NCBI GenBank assembly: GCA_964036045.1
Contig: OZ038378.1
Coordinates: 65,906,001 to 65,970,000, forward strand
DNA from: Eutreptiella sp. 'Long Island Sound 2002'
Taxonomy: Eukaryota; Protista; Euglenida
DNA length: 64,000 nt
Direction: 5' to 3'
The stretch's first letter is position 1. Each line of letters begins with the position of its first letter. This document shows positions 25,401 through 37,316 of the stretch, one piece after another. Below the pieces are notes generated by a model. It did not search any database. It was not told the DNA's origin and was given only the letters and a program-made list of their open reading frames with translations. The translations under genes were made by a program, and so were the position numbers.

Positions 25401-28400
25401 AAACAACGAATGGGCCACAAACCTTCAAGTTGTCGGCCCATATCGTTGCAAGTGCCGCCATGTCCTTGTCCCCGCATATGGCCATCCCTATCACCCACAA
25501 GTACGCGGGTGTGCGGCCCCGTGCGCCGTGGTTGAGGAGCCCAATGGAGAGTTGGGTCCAACTACCACCGGCGCACGGGTACGCATCCCCACGCACAATG
25601 AAGGTGAGGGGCCTTGTCCAATCGATGGTCTCCACTAGCGATGGGCGTGATTGGACGTACCGGGCCCATGAGGGTAGCGGCCAAGGGCGCCCACTCGCGG
25701 GGGGATCGGGGACGGACACGGGTGGTCGTAGGTCAAGGGGGGTGACCAACTCCTTCCACGTGTCCATGAACGTATCCCGAGTGGGGATGGGGCGGGGGAA
25801 CGGGAGGCCCGTTGCGGCCGAGTAGGCCGACCCCCGGCGGCTCATGTACTCCGACACGTGCCAGAAGCCGAGTTTGGGGACGTTCAAGTCCATGAGGAGG
25901 CCGATGAGGTCCGGGGCCGGGAAAAGGTGGGAGGCATATTGCTTCACCGCCTCCACTTGCTTAGCACGAATAAGGGAGGGGTACCCAAACTCCATGGCAT
26001 CGGACCATCGGGCCCGGGCCAAAGGGGATGAGGCCACCCACTCACCAAGGAGTTGGGAGACCAAAGGGTCCCGCAAACTCTTGGCCCCGCTCAAACGCAC
26101 GAGCGTCATGTTAAGCTCGGTAAGGGTGTCCCGAGAGAAAGGCATAACAAGGGCTATACAAGGGAACATGGTGGTGTGGAGTGGGGGGGAATGCGGGCAA
26201 CCGGAGGGGGGGTGTCCAAGACACCCACCAACACAACATTGGAACCTCTCTAGTATACCGTTGTGCAACAATATACCACGTAACACCCCTTGTAGGTCCG
26301 TATATGTGCATGGAAAAATGGTTACAAATGGCCCGATCGCAAAAATTTGACTTTAACCTCTTAATATTTGCGAGATTAATATATTAACGCCTTCATATAT
26401 TAAAAATTAAAAATCAACATATTGACTTTAATCTAGGTCACTAGGGATAGTATGGCCCTTTTATGTAGCCACATTGAACTCTCCCTACCATGGGGACCTC
26501 GAGAAGGCACGGGTTACGTGATGGGGTGTCAACCCGGGGCAGGGGTTAGGTAGATACTATGCCCACATGTGGGCCATTTCTGATTTTGTCCCCGTGCTGA
26601 GCATTGGGAGCCATTGATTTCTCCCTAGTAGCAGGGGACACTTGTTAAATGCAATTGTTAGCCCGCGGACAAGGGGCCCCTGGCGCGGGCCTCCGCCACC
26701 CACATTGAGCATTGTGTCCGATCCAGCTACTCTCCACGCGGAGCAACGTGTGCTATTTCTCAGTTATCTGGTTTGTTTCCGGAACAGTGTGCAATAAAAC
26801 AAGTTTCTCAAACCCTGCGGCGCACCTGTGGCGCGCAGAAAGCGTTCTCAGTGTGCTCCTATACGCCAAACAATTGGTGATGTGTACTGGCCCCCTTCCG
26901 GCCATGTACATCTGATAGTGACTTTGAACTTACCGAGTAGGCACTCGCTTTCTTGGAGGAAGCATGCATTTCGGTTTGGAAAGTCAACTACATGGATTGA
27001 AATCATGTGTGAGGCCATGAGCAATGCAGGGTACCAAGCCGCGCTGAGGGCACCCCACACCTCCGTGTGTGACTTCATGATGCCCTATATCCCCCCAACC
27101 GCTACTAGAGCACTACCCCCCCCCCCCCCCTCCCCCCTCCTCCGTGTGCTCCCACGACACTCCACACCTCCTCATGGGTCACCATAGGACTTGAAGCCTC
27201 CTGCTTGCGCTGACAACGTTGCTCAGCCCTCCATGAGTGACCGCACCTTCCCATGAGCCCCGTCAGTGCCATCCGCTTCCTGGGTGCCCTCTACTCCATC
27301 AAGCATGCCCTCAGCACCTTCCTCGTCCCCACACGCTTCCATTGTTCATAACGCCCTATGCCTACCCATACACTCTCATACTGCCCCATGCATCTCTGTG
27401 CACTCCTCCAATGCCTACACAACGCCCAAATGCCAAATGAGCCCCACAGTGCCCTGTGCCTCCAAGTCCTTTAGCCCCCCCATCAACCATCGGAGCCCTT
27501 CGCCATGGAGAGGGCCATGTCCTACCGAAGGGGGCATGGAAGGGAAGGGGCCAGGGGGTTGTACTACGAAGGGGGACTCCCTGTGGTGCCCACCTCAGAA
27601 TCAGTACACAAGGTGTGTATGCCGCTAAGTGCCTTTGTTTGCCCAAACGTGCCCACAACATGTTGCATCGCCTACAAAATGGAGACTTGCACGTTCATGT
27701 ACGTGTACGTGTGCCAGGGACCGTGTGCTGCTGATGGGGCAGATGATGCTGGAGGAGACGCAGGGGTACGAGAGTACGCTGCGGGAGCTGATTCTCGGGG
27801 AGGAAGCACTGCAGTGGCCACAGCTCATGCAGGTGCAGATGGCACAGTGGACCATATGCATGCCGGCGCAGACACGGCACATGGCTCAGTCCACCATTGA
27901 CCCCATCACAACGCAGCGGGTGCTCGAGCTCGCGTGGCGTGACCACATTGGGCGGCAGGGGTGCCCCATCGACGACTGGTGGTGCCCCCTGGCGCGCGCG
28001 TATGGGGGCATGCGACAGACCGCTGCAGCCCTGCAGGTGGTCCACAAAACGGACCGACAGCGGCTTTACAGCGAGTTGCTGATGGCCTTCAAGCGGGCGT
28101 GGCAATCGCTTTGCTTTGACCAGGTCCATCCATCAGTCCTCCCTTCCTTCAGTCCTGTGGTCAAGCCCCCGCCCCCCTCCCAAGGGCCCTTTGGCTGCCA
28201 GCTGTCACTCAATGGGCTGTACATGGATAATGTAGGGGGCTAGGGGCCCCTTTTCAGGACCAATTTTCGGATGGAGGGTGTGGGGGGAAGGACCTGTTGA
28301 GCCTACTGACGGCGGATTCTCATGCCTTCCGTTGACCTCTCGCGGCTATGGAGCACTCAAGCGAAGAGTGCCGGGTGTTTGTATTGCCTTCCTCAGGATG

Positions 28401-31400
28401 GATAGACCGCCCGTTGTGCAGCAAAAGCCTTACGTGGACGTGCAGATTGGGGTTGGGGTCGCACTGTGCAGGTTGGACACTGCAGCCCTTTGTGATAGTC
28501 CGTGACATCACAGGGAAGGGGCGCTGGGGTGTGCAGCAGTGGGCCATGCAATCGGCCCTCCTCCACGCCCGCCTTTACTCCCTGAGGCCAGTGCTCCACA
28601 CAGCCATAGGACAGCCCAGAGCTCTGTGCATAAAATGGCGTGCTGAAATACGAACCGGATTTGGGTTGGCCATTGGTCGGTTTTGGCCCTGCAGTTGATC
28701 TTTGCCTACAAATCTGATCCTGGTGCCCCCACAGCCCTAAGTAGCGCTGATATGGCACAAAAAAAAATTGTGCTGGCCGCAAATTTCAACTGAAAATCGC
28801 GATTGCAAGTTCAGCCGCAAGTCTGACGTCTTGCAGGGGTGGGTCCTGCTGCTACTGTCCGTGTGCGCCCCCAAGCGAACCAGCCCTTCTTGTGATTGCA
28901 CACGTCTGATGACGTGTTGGATGGGCCCCACTTTGTGGGTTGGCGGATCACCACGGAACCTCCAGACTTGGCCAACTCGCTTTGCACATGTGGGCGCCCC
29001 GCTACCCCGTGCACTATGGGACCCTCTGTGTACCTTCGCTTTGTATTCCTTAGTAGCCCTCAGTTGCCAGTCCCGCAGACAGCCCTTTCTCGGACGCTGT
29101 GTCTCTCAGGCGGTGGCATGGCGCCAGCTGGTGAATGATGCCGAGACGCAGCAGGAGGCACTGCAGCAGGAACAGCACCGCAACGCACTGTTGATGGAGT
29201 CGTTGCAGCTGGAGTCACGGCGCCTGTGGCAGGAGGCACAGGTGTCGCCGGACCGCGCCACTGTGCTCACAGGCCTGCGCCTTTTCCGCCGCATTGCACC
29301 GCTGCACCCGCCAGAGGCCCTCCGGTACATGGGCAGCCTGAGGGCACTAGGGCCGCTGCAGACCGGAACGCCCGATCGGGTCGCCGCCTCATCGCCACGG
29401 TGGAATACAGCGGAGCGGCGGGCACTGCTGATCCGGGAGGTCTGTGGCACTGTGTTCATGTGCTTGTGGCCGTGGCCGCGGCGGTGGTTGTGCGAGTGTG
29501 CGGCTGGCGGTCTGGACGTGCAGACCGTGTAAGGGCGTGTACTACGATGACCATCCAGACAGCCGTGGGTGTGGTCATACAGTGGGGCTGTTGTTGCGGA
29601 CGTGGCGGCCACATTGTGATGACAACGGGCGCTAGGGGGGAGGCTGGCTCAGACCCTAACCCCAGCAACCCGCCACCCCACCCCCCACCCCCCAAGGAGG
29701 TCCAAAACGTTGAGGAGGGTTACCGCATCTGGCCTCAATTTCGCGCAGAACTCCTAAGTACCCCCCCATGTTTTGCGTGCACTGTGAGGCCCCAGAGAAG
29801 GGAAGAGGGTTGGAAGGCAAGGAGGACAGGGCTCCAGAGGGTCCGGGGCGTCAAGTTCAGCATTTTCGACCAAAATGCTGAAATTGACGGCCCGAACCCT
29901 CCAGGCCGTTGTGCCCTTGGCCTTCCAACCCTCTTCCCGCCCTTTCGGGAGCCCCCCAGTGCTCGTAAAAAGCATTACACACCCATTCATGTCCCCACGA
30001 GGTTGCAGTAGTACATCAGTTCCAAGGCGCCCTGCTCCCTGAATTCAAACCCCGGAAAGTAAATTGCCCTTTTCTTTTGTAGGATTTGAATTCGGAAGAA
30101 ATTTTCTGCGGGCAGGGCGCCCTGGATCTGATGTACTCTGAGCTCATAGGGACACGAGGGGGTGTGTGATGCCTTTTGCATGTCCAGGAGGCGCAGGGAA
30201 GAGGGTTGGAAGGCCAGGGGCACAAGGGCAAAAATGCTGAACTTGACGCCCCAAACCCTCCAGGCCCTTGTGTCCCTGGCTTTCCAACCCTATTCCCTTA
30301 CCTCGGGCGCCTACGAGTGCACGCCAAAAGCATCACACCCCTTCATGTCCCTATGAGTTTGGGGGAGTACGTCAGATCCACTTCGCCCTGCCCACAGAAA
30401 TTTGCCCCCGATTTCAAGCCCCGGAAAGGGCCAAATCGGTCAATTGCCCCAAGACAAGTGTTGCGGCTGAAAAAGTTTCCAAGGGATAGAAATTTTGTGT
30501 GTCCGGCATGGGCGATGGACAGCAGTTCGAAAAACATTTCTCCACCTTGCTGGAGAATTTTTTTCTGCCCCCCCCCCCCCTCATCGGGCACAGTCTGCCC
30601 TTGTACACTGGGGAACTTGACACACCGCATGCAAAGTACTAGACAGCCAGCATCCGACCATCGATCCCCAACAGCAGTCAGTATGCAACATCAGGTGACG
30701 CTGAATCAGTGGCAGTTGGAGGGGACCGGACGGTATTTAGCTGATGGTGGTTGGTACTTTACCAATGAGCATCGGCCGGCAACCACCCGCGGGTCACTGA
30801 ATTTGCTGGCGACTTGGAATTGTGACCAGCTGCACCCTAACCCCTTTTTTCTGCCCTGTGCCTGAGGGCAAAACAGAAAGTGCAGTGCCGAATTTTCGCT
30901 GTTTCTCACAATGACAAACGCCCTCTGTGTCGTTTTGAAAGCAAGGAACTGTGGAGCATGCAGCAGAGCACTGTTCTTTGAACCCAATTGTGGATATGGG
31001 ATTATTATCCAGAGCGTTCCATCCCCCTCCACAGGTGAGACAGGCAAAGGAGGGACAACAACAACAACAACAACAGCGAAAAATACTGTTCATCTGTGGT
31101 ATGGATGTGTGTCACCATCCGTGAAGTGTTTCCCCTGTATTCCATTCTTGTTATGCGTCGTAGTGTTAGTGCTTGGGAGCCCATGTGCCACCTAGTATCA
31201 CTGTTGGATCCAGTGCCCCCCCCCCCCCCCTCGCTGGCATCCCCCACACAACAGGTTGCGGAGGTGCTCCAGAACGAGGAGCGCAACCTACACAATCGAG
31301 GGATGGACTCAGAGCGCGTGCAGCAGTACATCCAGAACAAGTTCCCGTCTTTGTACGACTTTGTCATGGGCGCCGACCGCATGTCATGGGCGGACTTCAT

Positions 31401-31770
31401 TCGGGAGTACGGACCGCACGAGGGCGTACAGCTGGTGCAGTCCCACGACCAAAGAGGCCAGGGCAGCCGCCTGCGCCTTGACAAGGCTGGCCCCCTGGAG
31501 TCCCCGACAGCCTCCAGCCCCCGGTGGAGCAGCCCTCAGATGTCCAAGATCCGCCCCCGGCTCAGCTTCGACAGTCCCTCCCCTCCTGGCACCGGGGCCG
31601 ACACGTGGTTCGTCCCCATCCTCCCCCCGACGCCGCGTACACAGCCAGCAGTGCCGCGTACGGCCATGGTGGGCATCGCAGTGCAGCGCCCATCGAAGCC
31701 TTTCCAAGACCTGCCGCCGATTGCAGCGCAACACACAGAGGACGCCGTGGTGCAGCGCGCGGCAGACTGA
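13230..31770 (+). CDS. Multi-exon host gene with ADP-ribosyltransferase-like domain (5' incomplete, 1235 codons in 6 exons)
   Basis: Exons 13230-13784, 15026-16248, 17020-17694, 27718-28123, 29110-29439 and 31255-31770. All are bounded by AG/GT with matching phases (0,2,2,0,0). Total 3705 nt, ending at TGA. Confidence 0.75.
15026..16248 (+). CDS. Exon carrying the ART-like domain
   Basis: tccag|GTC...CCAAG|gtgtct. Encodes LTEAEVVALRLHTGPAYRVMDASLR, TLVRGV and QYPQGPEMLLP. Confidence 0.8.
16403..16456 (+). repeat. (CT)n microsatellite in intron
   Basis: Long uninterrupted tc run. Confidence 0.95.
17020..17694 (+). CDS. Exon of ART-domain gene
   Basis: gtcgcag|C AAC completes AG|C (Ser); ends CACTG|gtgtgt, phase 2. 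Confidence 0.7.
18400..20600 (+). mobile_element. Decayed tyrosine-recombinase retroelement copy A (gag-like then YR), inside the 10-kb intron
   Basis: Knuckle-like CDRCNGKHWEWEC at ~19275-19313, then YR motifs. Homologous to 37729-38297 and 51875-52400. Confidence 0.6.
19600..20200 (+). pseudogene. Tyrosine recombinase
   Basis: FYLRIIEAASIR (box I Arg), FFDKKT (Lys), HQRWHSWPCMGATLLIRQGATI (degenerate HxxR box II). Confidence 0.7.
20780..20955 (+). repeat. AAATATCCCGAAC motif array (MITE-like remnant)
   Basis: About 6 copies of aaatatcc(c)gaac. Confidence 0.6.
21769..23985 (-). pseudogene. E2 accessory gene, low-complexity, with a possible Tudor/SH3-like C-terminal domain
   Basis: Starts cttag|ATG at 23985. 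Donor GAG|gtatgt at 22927 joins in phase to GTT ATT GAC at 22754, but the acceptor reads CAT rather than CAG. Segment DPIIGTVVHVPYPKGVERATIRGIHGGKYGAVWVEYPGG at ~21960-22135. Confidence 0.45.
24152..26286 (-). pseudogene. RAG1/Transib/Chapaev-like DDE transposase with one GT-AG intron (25264-25422)
   Basis: TFIVRGDAY (D1), LVIGGDQPF (D2), CILHCC (CxxH), SNYLLYLEED and CADVVESLNAILK (E). The intron splices AAG|gt...ag|GTA in phase 0. Frameshifts near 24540 and 24455. Confidence 0.85.
27718..28123 (+). CDS. Exon of ART-domain gene
   Basis: gtgccag|G completes TG|G (Trp) with the 17694 donor; ends GACCAG|gtccat. Confidence 0.7.
29110..29439 (+). CDS. Exon of ART-domain gene
   Basis: tctctcag|GCG ... 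CGGGAG|gtctgt, phase 0/0. Confidence 0.75.
29750..30560. repeat. Foldback-type element of nested inverted repeats
   Basis: 29800-29938 is an imperfect hairpin (gggaagagggttggaaggc...gccttccaaccctcttccc). A partial second copy lies at ~30195-30300, and 29960-30160 is also self-inverted. Confidence 0.7.
30603..30825 (+). repeat. ~220-bp dispersed repeat, inverted partner of 32245-32464
   Basis: gtacactggggaac...cacaccgcatgcaa...gacagccagcatc matches the reverse complement of the downstream copy. Confidence 0.85.
31255..31770 (+). CDS. Last coding exon of ART-domain gene
   Basis: cacaacag|GTT, phase 0; open to TGA at 31768-31770. Confidence 0.75.
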   Translation, partial: VAEVLQNEERNLHNRGMDSERVQQYIQNKFPSLYDFVMGADRMSWADFIREYGPHEGVQLVQSHDQRGQGSRLRLDKAGPLESPTASSPRWSSPQMSKIRPRLSFDSPSPPGTGADTWFVPILPPTPRTQPAVPRTAMVGIAVQRPSKPFQDLPPIAAQHTEDAVVQRAAD

Positions 31771-32244
31771 CCGGGCCTCAGCAGACCCGGCCTCGAATCG
31801 ATGATTTGGTGGTCACGTTGTGCACCGACGCCAGAGCAAGCCCCTGTACCCGCCGCAGCCTGTCTCATAGATGTGCATGGGGTCGAGCGTGGAGCAGCCG
31901 ATGGCACTTCGTCGGGTGCTCTCAGGCATCTCAAACCGTGCGGTACCCGCAGACCATGCGCCTCAGGCCGTGCTTTATGTGTCCAGCCACTGTCCATATC
32001 CCCTTTTCTTCCAATCCCCCCCCTTGACCCACCCTCTGAGGCCAGGCTGAGTCCTGGGCGGTCTGTACGGCCCGTGGCCCCGCAGAAGCATTGCATTCCA
32101 TACCGCCCCTCGTCTGGATCGTTCCTGGGCCTGTCCCATGGCGTACTCCCCCTTCGCCGGGCTCTTGGGCAGTGCCACTCGGAGGGTGGGCGGCTCTCTT
32201 TCGTTGCCGAAAAACGGTTGACCCCCTGACCAACAGCCAACCAC

Positions 32245-32464
32245 CAGCAGTTATCGCCCAACTGCCGGCAAATGTTGGTGAACTGTGGGTGGTTGCCGGC
32301 CAATCCTCATCAGTTAAGTGCCAATCACCATCGGTGAAGACCGTCGGCTCCCATGCAACTGCCGCTGGTTCAGCACCACCTGATGTTGCGTACTGCCTGT
32401 TGTGGGATCGACGGTAAGATGCTGGCTGTCCGGAACCTTGCATGCGGTGTGTTCCCCAGTGTAC
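32245..32464 (-). repeat. ~220-bp dispersed repeat, inverted partner of 30603-30825
   Basis: Reverse-complement match to 30603-30825. Confidence 0.85.
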
Positions 32465-32869
32465 CGGACGACACAAGCCCCCCCCCTCCCCCTTTTGGAA
32501 GCTGCAGCATTCCCCGGGTGCACACTTCCAGCCCAACTCCTCGGGCACGTTGCACGTGCACAACCGCCCCTGCGCCTCAAATAACGGCCTCTTACCCCCC
32601 TCCGATTTTGTTCTGTCGTGGCATGTGCTGTCCCATCCTCCCACCTTGGTCCCAGTCCTTCTCTCTGACCGCCCTGTGTGTCACAACCAATGGGCTAGGG
32701 CATGGGGATGCTGTGCAAATGCAGCCACCCAGACTGGCCAACCCTCACTGGCTAACCAGAGGCTTTGGCATCTTAACCTCCATCCCCAGCGTCAGAGAAA
32801 AAATGCACAAGGGGGGGAACGGGGATGTCTAGCTGCACGCGTCAAGTCCTTGGTACAACTTCACATACA

Positions 32870-35865
32870 AGCCCCTAGCCGCAACCACCAACACCACCAC
32901 CACCACCTACCACCATCAACACCACCACAATCACTACCACAACCACCACAACCGCAACCAAAACCTTAGCCGCAATCACCACCACGACCACCACAACCTC
33001 AACCACAAGCACAACCACAAGCACAGCCACACCCACCACCACGACAACCTCAGCCACAATAGCCACCACCACCACCACAACCTCAACCACAACGACCACC
33101 ACAACAAGGACCACAACCACGGCCACACCCACCACCACCACACCCAATTGGTGACGTCGCACCAAACCTTGCATAAAACCCCTTAGCATGGTAGGTGTGG
33201 GACGGCTTCCCCACAAGCACAGCTAAACGCCATGCCCATGAGTGTCTGTGTAAGATGGTGATGTGTCCTGCCAACATGTCAACGTTCAACAAGGGTCATT
33301 GTGGCTCAACCCTTGTGTCCTCTTGCGTGAGCACGTGCTGTACACGCCTTCGTGTCTCGTTTTGCTTCTTGGCGCCTCCCTTTGTGCCGCTTCCCTTTGC
33401 TGTTGCTTTTGTCTTCAATGGTGGAGAGAAGCATGCAATGTGCGCCTCGTCTCCGCCGACATCGCATCGAGCGGTCACCATGACGGCTACTCGGGTCGCC
33501 TTGGCCCCGCTTCGTCCGTGTGTGCCCGCCTCACTGTGGTTTCATCAAGGCCAATATTCGGGGAACCATGGTGAAGCCTGCACTTGGCATTCATCGTGTT
33601 GCCACCGTGGCCACAACTCCGTGCATCATGGTACTAAGGGCCTCATGCCCTAGCCCTGCACCGTATGGCTCTCTGGTTTTCATCAATAGTTCGCAGTTCT
33701 CGTTTTTTAAGTCATAGTACGTATCAATTTGGGCGTCATGTTTCTGGTCTCATTCCCAACAGCGACCCAGCCATCAAGCCAACTAGCGCACGCCACCAAA
33801 TGCCACCGCAACACCACCACCGCCGCCGCCGCCGCCACCACCACCACCACCATCACCACCACCACCACCACCACCACCACCGCCACCACCACCACAACAA
33901 CAACAACAACGGCAACCGCAACCACCACCACCTCCCCCACAACCAATAGTACACCGGCCACAGACACCCAACCACAACACCAAATTGCCCACCCCATCAA
34001 CTGCAGCCACATAACCACAACTACAACCACAACGGCAAGCACCACCACAGCCACAACCACCACTACCACCACAATTGTTAGTGCCACCACCCCCATTGCT
34101 TTTTACCCCATTGAACAAGACTGCTTAAATTTCAAGCAAGAATATTCTTTCATGATGACCTGGCACCAAACTTGGCCTTACAACCCTCACTATGGTATTT
34201 TCCGGATGTCTTGCGAACACGCACAGTTGAGCGCCGTGCCCGTGAGTGTCCACGTAGGGTGTTTTGATGTGTCCCGCCAACATGTGAACGTTTAACAAGG
34301 GCCATTCCGGCTCAAGCTTTGTGTTCTCATGTGCGAGCATGGTTTGTACCCGCCTTCGTGTCTCTTTTTGCTTCTTGGCACCCGGATCCGTGCCTCTTCC
34401 CTTTCCTTTTGCTCATGTCTTTATGGGTGGAGAGCAGCTTGTGTAGTGCGCCTCGTCTCTTCCAACATCGCATCCAGCCCTCACCTTGACGGCGGCCCGG
34501 GTCGCCTTGGCCCCGCTTCGTACATGTGTACCCGCCTAGCTGTTGTTTCATTCAAGCCAATATTCGGGATACCCCCTAGGTGTACTAGGCTTAGGTGTAC
34601 TACGAGACTCATCATTCTTTTGGCGGAGCTAAGAGGAGACGCCTTCTTTGTGTCTACGTTGGCCTGTGTTGGTTCTCCTCCTCCTCCTCCGCAACCACCA
34701 CCATCATAACCACAAGCACAAGCGCAATAATTTCATTCGGCGCGGGGGTGGTGGTGGGGGGGGGGTGACAACCTCTAGGGTGGGCGTAGCTGCCAAATGT
34801 TATCCTCCATGAGCAAACGATCAACAACACCCATTCATCCATTAAGCCAATTAGCTCACCTTACCAAATTCCACAGCATCACCACCACCACAACCACATC
34901 AGCAGCAACAACCACAACAGCAAGAACAACGACAACCACCACCTCCTCCACAACCAAAACAGCAATGGCGACACACACCCAACCGCAACACCAAATTGCC
35001 CACCCCACTAAATGCCACCACACAACCACAACTACAACCGCAACGGCAATGACAACCACCACCACCACCACAACCACCACCACCACAACCACCACAATTG
35101 TTAGTGCCCTAGCCCCATTGCGTTTTACCCCATTTGAGCAAGACTGCTGAAATTTTAAGCAAAAACACTCTTTCATGATGACTTGGCACTAGACTTCGCC
35201 TTAAAAGCCTTAGGATGGTATTTGTGGGATGCGTTGCACACACGCAAGCTAAGTGCCGTGCCCATCAACATCCGCGTAAGGTGGTGATGTGTCTTGCCAA
35301 TATGTCAACGGTCAACAAGGGCCATTGTGGCTCAGCCCTTGTGCCCTTATACGCGAGCGGGTGCTGTACATGCCTTCGTGTCTTGTTTTGCTTCTCGGCA
35401 CCTAGATCCGCGCCTCTTCCCTTTCCCTTTGCTTTTGTGTTCAAGGGTGGAGAGTAGCATGCACTATGTGCCTCGTCTGTGCCACCATTGCATCTCGCCG
35501 TCAGCATGACGGCTGCTCAAGTCGCTTTGGCCCCGCTGTGTACGTGTGTGCGAGCCTCACCTTGGTTTCATCCACGCCAATATCCGGTGTACCATGTTGA
35601 GGGTTGCATCTAGCATTCATCCGCTCGCTCACCGTGTTACCTTGTGCAGGGGACCGTGACGTTCTCAGCGAATGCTTCACTTTTGTTCGCCCTAAGTTGC
35701 AGTATGTTGCCACCATGGCAACAAATCTGTGCATTGTGGTACTAAGGGCCTCATGCCCTAGCCACGCGCCGTATGGCTCTGTGATTTTCATCAATAGTTC
35801 ACAGTACTCGTCATTTCGGCCATAATACGTATCGGTTTGGGCGTCATGTCTCTGGTCTCATTCAC
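32870..35865 (+). repeat. Three tandem ~1.0-kb units, each an (ACC/ACA)n tract plus ~600 bp of shared sequence
   Basis: caacaagggtcatt/ccatt at ~33290, 34295 and 35315; gggcgtcatgt.tctggtctcattc at 33731 and 35840. A fourth microsatellite tract resumes at 37317-37430. Confidence 0.85.
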
Positions 35866-36479
35866 CATTGATCACGCACCCCAGACCACTCACCACAAAC
35901 CATAGACCATAAATTATCGATGAGTGAATTATCGATCCGTGGGGCTGGGTGCAAACCGTAGTACAGCATGAGCAGGTTCGGGCCTTAGTTGGGAGGCAAC
36001 CTCCCTCATGTCTGCTCCGTTTAGACGGTCCATCTCGCTGGCATGACTTAAAACTAATCCGTTGCCATGCCAGTAGTTTTCTCATGCTGCCTTGACGAGT
36101 TGTTCCTTGGTTCGTCTCTTTCACCGTGGTGTCGTTGCAAGTTGGTGGTGAAGCCGTAGAAAGACCCACTTTTTTTACTAGCGCTCCCCGGAAAATCTTC
36201 TCACGTGAACCGGGGCACGCACAGTCGTGGTCAAAGGACCCGCTGGTGGATCAAGCCGCGGCGTTCTACTACACCGGCACCACGATCTAGAATGTAATAA
36301 AATGGGAGGTAAACAGCCGGTGAATTTGGCTTGCCTCCACATTCATTTCCAACTACCAAAAGCGCTTCTCTCATGGACACACGCCAAAAAATGTTTGCCA
36401 ATGAAGCCCTACCCTAGGAACGGGCGTCGAGTGTGATGGGGGCGAGGATGTTCAAGAATAGGTTGCAATGTGTCCAACC

Positions 36480-37316
36480 CACCCACCCACAATTGCGAGC
36501 ACTCCTCAGAATCAGGAATGGCCCACAAGTGGGCAAGGTGGCTATATAACCCCTGCCGCTTGCGGGATCCCCACCGCTTTAGAGCAGGGGACAGAATCAG
36601 AAGTGGCCCACAAGTGGGCAACGTGGCTACATAACCCCTGCTACTTTGGGGATCGCCACCTGGAGGCCGGGTGAGGGTCATATCCTTTTTTGTGCTTTTA
36701 AGGCATTTTTGAAATCTCCACAAAACTCTGAGTATTTTGAGTACGGACACATAGGGTCAACCAAAAAATTTCCCCCTGCCGCATGCCTGAAACAAAACAT
36801 CCCGTGCCTGCAGCGCCGACAAAGCACATTGTTCCGTGCAACACTTTTAGGGTCCGTAGAGGGGGACCCCTTCCCAGGCGGCAGGGGTAATGTAGCCACC
36901 TTAAGAAGCGCGCTCGCCCGAAGAGTACTGGCAAGAGGGCACGCGACGAGTAGGAGGATGATTCCGATGCTTTAGGCCCCTCCCCACCTTTCGCTTCTCG
37001 ATATATATGTCTGTGGTTTGTGACAAGGGGAAGGGAAGGCCTTTGGGCAAACACAAGGCAACATTCAGTACTGCTCTGAAAGTGCTGCAGTGCAGCAAAA
37101 CAATTATGAGGTATGACAGTCACAGTGCGTCTTGTTAGCTTTGTGTGTTTGCGCGCTTGGCCGGGCTCTAACGGAAAAGGTGCTGGGTTTGGGTCAACGA
37201 AGGGGGGGGGGGTCCCCCCGCCCCTTCGGAGGGGGGTGGGTCTCCCCCCCCCCCCCAAAGCCCCCAATCCGTCGAACACCCCTCGGGGTCACACATTGGT
37301 TGGCGGCGGCCCCCGT
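36480..37316. mobile_element. Partial, rearranged copy of the CACGGGGG-TIR non-autonomous element
   Basis: 36900-37316 matches 42852-43306 and ends ggcccccgtg. 36520-36870 matches the reverse complement of ~41930-42200. Confidence 0.75.

Larger units (their letters stand above)
21341..26446 (-). mobile_element. E2: 5.1-kb TIR DNA transposon (CMC/Transib-RAG1 clade), inside the host-gene intron
   Basis: 31-bp TIRs CCCTAGTGACCTAGATTAAAGTCA(G/A)TATGTT at 21341-21371 and 26416-26446 (1 mismatch). 2-bp AT flanks both ends. Encodes a transposase. Confidence 0.9.

Noticed and set aside
32875-35176. Thr-rich mucin-like and Val-rich ORFs (for example 33729-34295)
   Set aside because: They are translations of (ACC/ACA)n tracts inside tandem 1-kb units and are open on both strands
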